This document shows positions 18,945-26,632 of a DNA stretch of 64,000 nucleotides, in pieces. The stretch spans positions 1,785-65,784 of the forward strand of contig CAITJJ010000128.1 of the NCBI GenBank assembly GCA_903892675.1. The letters run 5' to 3'. The first letter of the stretch is position 1; each line of letters starts with the position of its first letter. The notes beneath the pieces were generated by a model, which was given only the letters and a program-made list of their open reading frames with translations, did no database searches and was not told where the DNA came from. A program made the translations under genes and the position numbers. Source of the DNA: an uncultured Hyphomicrobiales bacterium (GTDB lineage: Bacteria; Pseudomonadota; Alphaproteobacteria; Rhizobiales; Xanthobacteraceae).

Positions 18945-20047
18945 TACTTCCAGATTTCCTTTGAAAGTTCCACGATCATGCGCAGCTTGGCCCACTGTTC
19001 GTCTTCGGCCAGTACATTGCCCTCCTCGGTCGAGGAGAAGCCGCACTGCGGCGAAAGGCAAAGTTGTTCGATCGCGACATACTTCGTCGCCTGATCGATG
19101 CGGCGCCTGATATCGTCCTTGGATTCGAGCGTGCCGCTCTTCGACGTCACCAGTCCGAGTACCAGTTGCTTGTTACCTTTAGGGAAATAGCGCAACGGCT
19201 CGAAGCCACCGGCACGGTCGCTGTCATATTCGAGAAAGTAGCCGTCGAGATTGGTCTTGCCGAGCAGGTGCTCGGCGACGAATTCGTAACCGCCCTGCGC
19301 GATCCAGGTCGAGCGGAAATTGCCGCGACAGGAATGCATGGTGACGGCCATGTCAGCCGGCTTGTCCTTGAGCGCGGCATTGGTCACGCGCGCATAGATT
19401 TCCGGCAGTGCATCGGGATTATCGCCGCGCGCTTTCGAGCCTTCGCGCTCCTTCGGATCGCACATCATCGCCCATGCTGTGTCGTCGAGCTGCAGATAGC
19501 GGCAACCGGCATCGTAAAAGGCGCGGATCGCTTTCTGCCAGGCCTTGCCGATATCGTCGAAGAACACGTCGAGATCCGGGTAAGCCTCCTTGCTGACCAT
19601 CGCCCGCCCCTGCCGGAAGTGGAACGTCGACGGCGCCGGGATCGTCATTTTCGGCGTGACGGCGCAGTGCGCTTTCAGGAACTTGAAATGCTCGAGATGC
19701 GAATGGCCGGCGAAATCGACCTTGCGGTTGATCTTGATCGCCTCGCTCTTGGTGACGACGCCGTGGAATTTGATCGGCGGCGCTTCCACTAGATCGACGC
19801 CTTGCAGGCCGCGGAAGAAATCGAAATGCCACCAGGAGCGGCGGAATTCGCCGTCGGTGGCGAGTTGCAAGCCGATCTCTTCCTGCTTTTTGACGACCTT
19901 GATGATCTCGTCGTCTTCGATTTTTTTCAAGCCAGCGGCGTCGATCGTGCCAGCGGCGAATTTTGCGCGTGCATCCTTAAGGACGGCGGGGCGCAGCAGA
20001 CTGCCGACATGGTCGGCGCGGAATGGCGGCGATGTGCGTTGGGTCAT
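18944..20047 (-). CDS. MetE C-terminal-like family protein, paralog 3
   Basis: RADHVGSLLRP, HSCRGN, LEYD and SPQCGF. Confidence 0.92.
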   Translation of the reverse strand: MTQRTSPPFRADHVGSLLRPAVLKDARAKFAAGTIDAAGLKKIEDDEIIKVVKKQEEIGLQLATDGEFRRSWWHFDFFRGLQGVDLVEAPPIKFHGVVTKSEAIKINRKVDFAGHSHLEHFKFLKAHCAVTPKMTIPAPSTFHFRQGRAMVSKEAYPDLDVFFDDIGKAWQKAIRAFYDAGCRYLQLDDTAWAMMCDPKEREGSKARGDNPDALPEIYARVTNAALKDKPADMAVTMHSCRGNFRSTWIAQGGYEFVAEHLLGKTNLDGYFLEYDSDRAGGFEPLRYFPKGNKQLVLGLVTSKSGTLESKDDIRRRIDQATKYVAIEQLCLSPQCGFSSTEEGNVLAEDEQWAKLRMIVELSKEIWK

Positions 20048-20069
20048 TGGCGTTGGCTCCCGAAGTTTT

Positions 20070-20196
20070 GTTGTCCCGGCCGAGACATAAGCGCGTTAAC
20101 GCGCGTCTTCGACGCGCTACGGCGAGAACCGGGACCCATACTCCGTGGTCTCAAAAGAGAGCACAGCGCATGGGTCCCCGCTTTCGCGGGGACGAC
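20070..20196. repeat. Nested composite palindromic repeat
   Basis: Left arm GTTGTCCCGGC...CCGGGACCCATA is interrupted by an inner palindromic unit (AAGCGCGTTAACGCGCGTCTTCGACGCGCTA). Right arm ATGGGTCCCCGCTTTCGCGGGGACGAC is as at 2524 and 13531. Confidence 0.75.
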
Positions 20197-20197
20197 G

Positions 20198-21310
20198 TTA
20201 GCGGCCCCAGACGTCCTTCGAGATCGCGACGATCTCCCTGAGCTTGGCCCACTGCTCGTCCTCGGCCAGCACATTGCCTTCCTCGGTGGAGGCAAAGCCG
20301 CACTGCGGCGACAGCGCCAGTTGTTCGAGCGCGACGAACTTTTCGGCTTCCTTGATGCGCTTCTTGATGTCGGCGATCGGCTCGAGCGCGCCGACCTTCG
20401 AACTGATGAGGCCGAGCACGACGATCTTGTTGCCTTTCGGCAGGAAGCGCAGCGGCTCGAAGCCGCCGGCGCGGTCGGTGTCGTATTCGAGGAAGTAGCC
20501 GTCGTAGTTGCACTTCTCGAGCATGTTCTTGGCCACCGGCTCGTAGCCGCCCGACGAAATGAAGGTCGAGCGGAAATTGCCGCGACAGACGTGCGTGGTG
20601 ATGACCATGTCGGCGGGCTTGGCTTCAAGCGCCTTGTTGATGCACTTGGTATAAGTCTCTTGCAGATGATCGACGTCGAGGCCGCGGTCGCGCGCCTTCT
20701 TCAGTTCGGCCTCGGAACAGAGATAGGCCCAGGCGGTGTCGTCGAACTGGAGATAGCGGCAGCCGGCGGCGTAGAACGCCTTGATCGCCTTCTGATAGGC
20801 AATCGCGAGGTCGTCGAAAATCGCGTCGCGGTTCGGATAGGCGGTCGCCGCGACCGAACCCGGCTCGAGCCGGAAGTGCATCACCGTCGGCGAAGGAATG
20901 CACATTTTCGGCGTCTTGGTGGTGTGGGCCTTCAGGAATTTGAAGTGCTCGAGCATCGGGTGGTTCGCCGCGAAGTCGATCTTGCCGGTGATCTTCAGCA
21001 CCTTCATCTGGGTCTGCATGCCCTGGAACTGAATGCCGTGGTCGGCCTTTACGACGTCGACGCCGTCCAGCATGCCGTAGAAGTCGTAGTGCCAGAACGA
21101 GCGGCGGTACTCGCCGTCGGTGATGGCTTCCAGGCCGACTTCTTCCTGCTTCTTGATCACCTTGATGATCTCGGCATCCTCAACCGCCTTGAGTTGAGCG
21201 TCGGTGATTTCGCCCTTCTCGTGCTTGGCGCGCGCATCGTGAATGGCCTTGGTGCGCAGGATGCTGCCGACCTGGTCGGCGCGGAAGGGCGGGGTGGTTC
21301 TCTGGGACAT
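20198..21310 (-). CDS. MetE C-terminal-like family protein, paralog 4
   Basis: RADQVGSILR, HVCRGN, LEYD and SPQCGF. GGAGG ribosome-binding site precedes ATG 21310. Confidence 0.92.
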   Translation of the reverse strand: MSQRTTPPFRADQVGSILRTKAIHDARAKHEKGEITDAQLKAVEDAEIIKVIKKQEEVGLEAITDGEYRRSFWHYDFYGMLDGVDVVKADHGIQFQGMQTQMKVLKITGKIDFAANHPMLEHFKFLKAHTTKTPKMCIPSPTVMHFRLEPGSVAATAYPNRDAIFDDLAIAYQKAIKAFYAAGCRYLQFDDTAWAYLCSEAELKKARDRGLDVDHLQETYTKCINKALEAKPADMVITTHVCRGNFRSTFISSGGYEPVAKNMLEKCNYDGYFLEYDTDRAGGFEPLRFLPKGNKIVVLGLISSKVGALEPIADIKKRIKEAEKFVALEQLALSPQCGFASTEEGNVLAEDEQWAKLREIVAISKDVWGR

Positions 21311-21401
21311 CGTTTCCTCCGTAGACAGTCCCGCCGTTGCGGCGGGTCTAATTTTCAAAGGCGCTTGACGTTTTATCCGACGGCCATGCGGCCGCCGGGG
21401 G

Positions 21402-22286
21402 TCAGGCGCTGTTGGGACGTGCCATAGCACGGCTCGGGCTTTGCGTCGCGCTTGCCGCATCGCATGCATAGCATGCGGTTTCAACGACCCCGCCGAACGA
21501 AAAATAATGCGGCGCGATATCGCCGATTTCCCGCTCCCGCGCTTCGGCCATGGCGAGTGCGTCGATCATGCGGCCGGGCCCGACTGACCCGGTCGTGATC
21601 TGGCCGACGAGACCGGCGCCGACGCCGGACACCAGGCCGCGCAACGAGGCGGCGACGCCGCAGCGTTTAGCGTAGCGCAACAGAGCCGGCACACTGGTCG
21701 GCCCGGCCATGCCGACCTTGACCGGTACAGCGATGCCGGAGCCGCGCAACTGCCGCAGCCAGGTCAGAACTCGCTCAGGCGAAAACGAAAACTGGCTCAC
21801 GATGTGGACGCACAGGCCCTGCGCTGTCGCGCTGGCGATCTTCTCGTCAAGCGCCGCCTCCAGCCGGCCGGGTGGAATGCGGGCGTGGCCTTCCGGATAG
21901 GCGGCGATGCCGACCGCCTCGAAGCCAATGTCACGCAGACCACCCTTCTGGATCACGGCAAGCGCATCGGCGAACGGACCCGCCGTCTCGATATCGCCGC
22001 CGATCAGCAGCAACTGACGCATATCGGCCTCGCCGCGCAGGCCCTTCAGCAGATCGCTCAAGTGGCCGGTGCTGGTCATTCGTCGCGCCGCGATATGCGC
22101 GACCGGATCGAGGCCGGCGCGGCGCAGCCGGGCCGCGGTCGCCACCAATTCGGCGGGGGCCACGCGCGGCACCGCGGACAGATAGACCGCGGTGCCTGGC
22201 GGCAATAGCCTGGCGATCGCAGCGATATCGGCCTCGCTGGGGCGTGTGGCCTCGATCGAGAATGACGCGGCGAAACCAGGTGCCAT
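21402..22286 (-). CDS. metF: 5,10-methylenetetrahydrofolate reductase, Sphingobium SYK-6 MetF-like clade
   Basis: FSIEAT, PVAHIAARR, IGGD, AAYPEGH, IVSQFSF, GMAGP...LLRYAKRCGV and HYFSFGG match the short MTHFR clade as recalled (not aligned). Confidence 0.8.
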   Translation of the reverse strand: MAPGFAASFSIEATRPSEADIAAIARLLPPGTAVYLSAVPRVAPAELVATAARLRRAGLDPVAHIAARRMTSTGHLSDLLKGLRGEADMRQLLLIGGDIETAGPFADALAVIQKGGLRDIGFEAVGIAAYPEGHARIPPGRLEAALDEKIASATAQGLCVHIVSQFSFSPERVLTWLRQLRGSGIAVPVKVGMAGPTSVPALLRYAKRCGVAASLRGLVSGVGAGLVGQITTGSVGPGRMIDALAMAEAREREIGDIAPHYFSFGGVVETACYACDAASATQSPSRAMARPNSA

Positions 22287-22290
22287 GCGC

Positions 22291-23700
22291 TTACTCGCGC
22301 CGGCGCGAGATCACAAAGGATTCGTCGTAAAACCACAGCCCGCCGTGCTCTTGCAGCGTGGCGCGCGTTGCATCGATAAAACGCCGGTCGCTGTTGACGT
22401 CGGAGAGCCGATCGTCCTCGACCTGCGCGACATAGACCGCCGCGTTCCACGCCGCCATCAAAGTCGATGTCCCGATAGACGACGACACTTCCGATGGCAG
22501 CGTGTGCATTTCGTACTTGAACAGCGAGCGCTGGTCGGAATAGGCGTTGAAGTTAAGATCGCGCGCCGCCGAGCCCAATTCGTGCTTGGTCTCCTTCAGG
22601 AGATCGTGGCGGCTATGCGTGAACGGATTGTCCTCCGGCCACACTTTGTGAATGATTTCCATCGCCGGGTCATGACCGTAGGACTGGATTGCGATCATGC
22701 GGCCGCCCGGTCCTAATGCCTTTGCCAATGGCGCCAGCACGCGCTTGGCCTTGAATTCGAGCGAGGCGCGGGCGCGATAAGGCTGCGAGGCGATGACCAG
22801 ATCGTAGTCGGCGCTGGTGCCACCCGGCTTCGGGATGACCTGATCGAGCAGGAAGCGGTGGTCGTTGCGGTAGATCACCAGAACGACCGGGCGCTCATAG
22901 ACCGGATTGCCGCTCTTCGGCGAAACCTTGGCCTTCCAGCTTTCGGCGAGAAAAGGTTCGAGCGCTGTGATTTGTTCCTCGAACGTATGCGCGGTGCCAC
23001 CGTCCATCGCCAGCTCTTTCCATACCATGCTGGTCGCCGCCGACAGCGACTTGGCGGCGAGCCACGGCGCTTCGGCATAAGCGAGATTGGTCAGCACCAG
23101 CACGGTCGAAGGATGCTCGACGAAACGATCGGCCATCTTGTGCAAGGTGAGGCGCACGTCCTCGAGGCTGATTTCCTTGCCAACGATGTAGTGCGGCATG
23201 GTCGGAAACTTGTCGTGCATCGAGCGCATGACGCGGGCGAGCACACTGCCATCGCCGACGCCGGCGTCGAACACGCGCACCGCCGGCGGACGCGGGTGAA
23301 TATTGGTGAGTTCGAGACTGACGCGCTGGGCGACTTCCCATTTCTCGCTGCAGGTATTCACGAACAACAGATATTTCTGACGGTTGTCGAAGAAGCGGAA
23401 ATTACGTTGCGGATCGTCATCCGTCTGATTCGTGGCCATTGGCGGCGCCTGCGGTTTAATGATGGGAAGTACTTGCGCGGATGGCGCGTCGAACAGCACG
23501 CGACGGCGCGCCGGGGCATCATCGTCGCTTTGCGACATGAAGGCGCGGATGCGCTCCAGCGTATCGGTGGTGATGCGGCCGCCATTGCGCAGGCGGCTGG
23601 CGAGTTTGCCGTCGTTGACGGCGCGGCGCCCGAAAGTCGATTCGGCCAGGCCGCGCTGACGGCAGAATTCGCTGATCTCCTGAAGGATGACCTCGTTCAT
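22291..23700 (-). CDS. Uncharacterised protein: N-terminal Cro/HTH-like domain fused to a SAM-dependent methyltransferase-like domain
   Basis: N-terminal ISEFCRQRGLAESTFGRRAVNDGKLASRLRNGGRITTDTLERIRAFM, a Pro/Gln-rich linker, then VRVFDAGVGDG (motif I-like) and IVGKEISLED (motif II-like). GAGGA ribosome-binding site before ATG 23700. Confidence 0.75.
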   Translation of the reverse strand: MNEVILQEISEFCRQRGLAESTFGRRAVNDGKLASRLRNGGRITTDTLERIRAFMSQSDDDAPARRRVLFDAPSAQVLPIIKPQAPPMATNQTDDDPQRNFRFFDNRQKYLLFVNTCSEKWEVAQRVSLELTNIHPRPPAVRVFDAGVGDGSVLARVMRSMHDKFPTMPHYIVGKEISLEDVRLTLHKMADRFVEHPSTVLVLTNLAYAEAPWLAAKSLSAATSMVWKELAMDGGTAHTFEEQITALEPFLAESWKAKVSPKSGNPVYERPVVLVIYRNDHRFLLDQVIPKPGGTSADYDLVIASQPYRARASLEFKAKRVLAPLAKALGPGGRMIAIQSYGHDPAMEIIHKVWPEDNPFTHSRHDLLKETKHELGSAARDLNFNAYSDQRSLFKYEMHTLPSEVSSSIGTSTLMAAWNAAVYVAQVEDDRLSDVNSDRRFIDATRATLQEHGGLWFYDESFVISRRRE

Positions 23701-23802
23701 GACGTTTCCTCGCGCTTTTATGGGGGCTCTGAAGGCCGTTGCGCCTTCACAGCGAACCAAGCAGAGGATTTTTCGTCAACCACAAAATCGCTTAGACAAA
23801 GT

Positions 23803-23941
23803 TGGGCAGATTGTGTGGGCATGGCCCTCTATGAAATTTTTCAATAAATACGTATATTTAGTCTTTTAAGAAATCAACTCGCTTCCGGCCAATAGCAAAT
23901 AGTGGGCAGAAACGACGGCTTTGGTGGGCAGTTGTGGGCAG
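23803..23941 (-). promoter_or_regulatory. Upstream region with five TGGGCA direct repeats flanking an AT-rich core
   Basis: TGGGCA at 23803, 23816, 23903, 23925 and 23935. AT-rich stretch 23831-23877 includes TAAATA-CGTA-TATTTA (23845-23860). Confidence 0.55.
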
Positions 23942-23969
23942 AAAAAACGGCCGGCGTTTCCGCCGGCCG
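23942..23969 (-). terminator. Rho-independent terminator of the pca operon
   Basis: Minus strand reads CGGCCGGCG-GAAA-CGCCGGCCG-TTTTTT (9-bp stem, GAAA loop, U6), just downstream of pcaG. Confidence 0.85.
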
Positions 23970-24001
23970 CCGTCGTCTCGAGATCAAAAAAAACCGTAGC
24001 G

Positions 24002-24613
24002 CTAGATATCGAAGAACACGGTCTCGTCGCCACCTTGAACCCGGATATCGAAGCGGTAATGGTGATCGGCGCCCGGCTGTTTGTGGGCAATGAGCGTCCC
24101 GCGGCGGTCGGCCGGCACAATATTCAGGATGGGATCGCTGGCGTTGGCCGGTTCGTCGTCGAAATACAGCCGCGTATAGATCTGCCGCAGCATGCCGCGC
24201 GAGAATATGCAGACCACGATATGCGGCGCCTGCGGTTTCCCGCCGGGCCCGGCGACCGAACCTGGCTTGATGGTGTCGAAGGCATAGACGCCTTGCTTGT
24301 CGGTCGCCGAGCGGCCGAAGCCCTTGAACTTGGTGTTGGGCAGGGCGCGATTGGCGCCGGGGCTGGCATAACGGCCTTGCGCGTCCGCCTGCCAGATTTC
24401 GATCATGCAGTCGTTGATCGGCAGACCGTCGCCGTCACGCACCGTACCTTCGATGTGGATGCGGGTGCCGGAGACATCCGGTGTCACCAGATTGGATTCG
24501 ACGGTGTTCTTCCAGCTGTAGCTGCCGTTCGGGTCCCATTCGCAACGGCCTTTTGGCGTGAGGCCATAGGCGAAGAACGGACCGACGGTTTGTGAGGGCG
24601 TGATTTCCGACAT
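24002..24613 (-). CDS. pcaG: Protocatechuate 3,4-dioxygenase alpha subunit
   Basis: TPSQTVGPF, IEIWQADAQG, TIKPG, QAPHI, FSRGML and TRLYF. Confidence 0.95.
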   Translation of the reverse strand: MSEITPSQTVGPFFAYGLTPKGRCEWDPNGSYSWKNTVESNLVTPDVSGTRIHIEGTVRDGDGLPINDCMIEIWQADAQGRYASPGANRALPNTKFKGFGRSATDKQGVYAFDTIKPGSVAGPGGKPQAPHIVVCIFSRGMLRQIYTRLYFDDEPANASDPILNIVPADRRGTLIAHKQPGADHHYRFDIRVQGGDETVFFDI

Positions 24614-24627
24614 TAGATTTTTCCTCT

Positions 24628-24676
24628 GCGCATGATCTTATCTGAAAACCGGTTCCCACTTTTCGGGATCATGCGC
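24628..24676. repeat. Alphaproteobacterial intergenic palindromic repeat (GCGCATGATC...GATCATGCGC type)
   Basis: GCGCATGATCTTATCTGAAAACCGGTTCCCACTTTTCGGGATCATGCGC between pcaH and pcaG; a related inverted copy is at 29704-29776. Confidence 0.8.
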
Positions 24677-24690
24677 GACTGATGGTCTTG

Positions 24691-25398
24691 TTAATGTTCG
24701 TCGTTGTCGAGCGGGGTTGCTTCGCGGCCGCGCAGCACGATATCGAAGCGGAAAGCCAGGGCCCAATCCGGCACCGTGTTTTCGAGATCGAAGGTCGAGA
24801 TCATGCGCGCCCGCGCCTTCTCGTCCGGCACCGAATTGAATATCGGATCGTACGGAAACAGGTAGTCGCCGGGGAAATACATCTGGGTGACCAGGCGCGA
24901 CAGAAACGAGTGGCCGAACACCGAAAAGTGGATGTGATTCGGACGCCAGGCATTGTGATGGTTACCCCAGGGATAGGCGCCCGGCTTTACGGTGATGAAT
25001 TTGTAATAGCCGTTGGCGTCGGTGACGGTGCGGCCGGCGCCGGTGAAGTTCGGATCGAGAGGCGCTGGATGCTGATCGACGATATGGACATAGCGACCGC
25101 AGGCATTGGCCTGCCACAGCTCGACCAGCGCATTCGGCACCGGACGCTTGTCCTCGTCGAGAACGTGGCCGTGCACGACGATGCGCTCGCCGAGCGGCTC
25201 GCCCTTGTGCTGCTTGGTCAGGTCGTTGTCGTTTTCCTGGATAGCGTCGTGGCCGTAAACCGGGCCGGTCAGCTCCGACAAAGTATGCGGCACGATCATC
25301 AGCGGCTTCGACGGCGAGCGCTTGATCGTGCTCTTGTAGCCGGGCGAAAGATGCTTTGGATAAGCATCGAGACTTGCCTTGGGGTAGATGAGCGACAT
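24691..25398 (-). CDS. pcaH: Protocatechuate 3,4-dioxygenase beta subunit
   Basis: ELTGPVYG, ELWQANACGRY.H..DQH, KPGAYPWGNHHNAWRPNHIHFS (Fe ligands Tyr/His) and TQMYFPGD. Confidence 0.96.
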   Translation of the reverse strand: MSLIYPKASLDAYPKHLSPGYKSTIKRSPSKPLMIVPHTLSELTGPVYGHDAIQENDNDLTKQHKGEPLGERIVVHGHVLDEDKRPVPNALVELWQANACGRYVHIVDQHPAPLDPNFTGAGRTVTDANGYYKFITVKPGAYPWGNHHNAWRPNHIHFSVFGHSFLSRLVTQMYFPGDYLFPYDPIFNSVPDEKARARMISTFDLENTVPDWALAFRFDIVLRGREATPLDNDEH

Positions 25399-25412
25399 TG
25401 CCTTTATCCTTT

Positions 25413-26621
25413 TTATTGAACCCGTTCGAGCGCAAGCGACACACCCTGTCCGACACCGACGCACAAAGTGGCGAGCGCCAGTCTGCCGCCTCTTTCTTCC
25501 AATCCATGCACCGCCGTCAGCGCCAGACGGGCGCCCGACATGCCGAGCGGGTGGCCCAGCGCAATGGCGCCGCCGTGCGGGTTGACGTGCTCGGCGTCGT
25601 CGGCGAGCCCGAGTTGGCGCAGGCAAGCTAACGATTGCGATGCGAAGGCCTCGTTGATCTCGATTAAATCATAGTCGCCGATCTTGTGTCCAAGCCGCGC
25701 CATCAGCTTCAGCGTCGCCGGCACCGGGCCGATGCCCATGATGCGCGGCGGCACCGCCGCCGACGCCATGCCGAGAATACGCGCCCGCGGCGTCAGGCCA
25801 TGGGCCTTCACCGCCGCTTCCGACGCCACGATCAACGCTGCCGCGCCGTCATTGACGCCGGAGGCATTGCCCGCCGTCACCGTGCCGGGCTCGCGGAATG
25901 GCGTTTTAAGCTTGGCAAGCTGCTCCAGGGTCGTGTCCGGACGCGGGTGCTCATCGGTATCGACCTTGACGGTCTCGCCCTTGCGGCCGGGAATTTCGAC
26001 GGCGGCAATTTCCTTGGCGAAATACCCCGACGCAATAGCCTTGCCGGCACGCTGCTGCGAGCGGATGGCAAATGCGTCCTGATCGGCGCGCGATATCTGG
26101 AAATCAGCCGCCACGTTCTCGCCGGTCTCAGGCATCGCGTCGACGCCATATTGCTTCTTCATCAGCGGATTGACGAAGCGCCAGCCGATGGTGGTGTCGA
26201 AGATTTCGGCGTGGCGCGAGAAGGCTTCCTGCGCCTTGCCCTGCACGAAGGGCGCCCGCGTCATCGATTCGACGCCGCCGGCAATGGCGAATTCCATCTC
26301 GCCGGAGCGGATGGCGCGGGCGGCGGTGCCGACCGCCTCCAGGCCCGAGGCGCAGAGCCGGTTCAGGGTGACGCCGGGAACGCTCTGCGGCAGGCCAGCC
26401 AGCAACAGCGCCATGCGCGCGACGTTGCGGTTGTCCTCGCCGGCCTGATTGGCGCAGCCGTAAAAGACTTCTTCGAGCTTCTCCCAATCGACCATGGGAT
26501 TGCGCGCCATCAATGCCTTGATCGGCACGGCGGCGAGATCGTCGGTACGCACCTTGGCGAGCGAACCGCCGAAGCGGCCGATCGGCGTGCGAACAGCGTC
26601 GCAGAGAAATACGTCACGCAT
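25413..26621 (-). CDS. pcaF: 3-oxoadipyl-CoA thiolase
   Basis: GCANQAGEDNRNVARMALL, NRLCASG, FDTTIGWRFVN, NEAFA, GHPLGMSG and CVGVGQG. Confidence 0.95.
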   Translation of the reverse strand: MRDVFLCDAVRTPIGRFGGSLAKVRTDDLAAVPIKALMARNPMVDWEKLEEVFYGCANQAGEDNRNVARMALLLAGLPQSVPGVTLNRLCASGLEAVGTAARAIRSGEMEFAIAGGVESMTRAPFVQGKAQEAFSRHAEIFDTTIGWRFVNPLMKKQYGVDAMPETGENVAADFQISRADQDAFAIRSQQRAGKAIASGYFAKEIAAVEIPGRKGETVKVDTDEHPRPDTTLEQLAKLKTPFREPGTVTAGNASGVNDGAAALIVASEAAVKAHGLTPRARILGMASAAVPPRIMGIGPVPATLKLMARLGHKIGDYDLIEINEAFASQSLACLRQLGLADDAEHVNPHGGAIALGHPLGMSGARLALTAVHGLEERGGRLALATLCVGVGQGVSLALERVQ

Positions 26622-26632
26622 GCTTCGTTCCT

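Noticed and set aside
2421-20196. GTCCCCGC...GCGGGGAC repeats as a CRISPR array (superficially like type I-E repeats)
   Set aside because: Copies are inverted or kilobases apart, with no regular spacers and no cas genes.
16733-21310. The four MetE-like genes as an assembly artefact or pseudogene fragments of one metE
   Set aside because: Each is a complete open frame with a full ligand set, and the copies are clearly diverged at protein and DNA level.
21311-21401. SAM, SAH or cobalamin riboswitch in the leader of MetE-like paralog 4
   Set aside because: Only a simple hairpin (CCCGCCG-CAA-CGGCGGG, 21330-21346) near the RBS; I see no riboswitch consensus. An Infernal/Rfam scan would settle it.
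22291-23700. Cro-like domain as evidence of a prophage remnant
   Set aside because: No integrase, structural or replication genes nearby; the domain is fused to a metabolic-type domain in an operon with metF.
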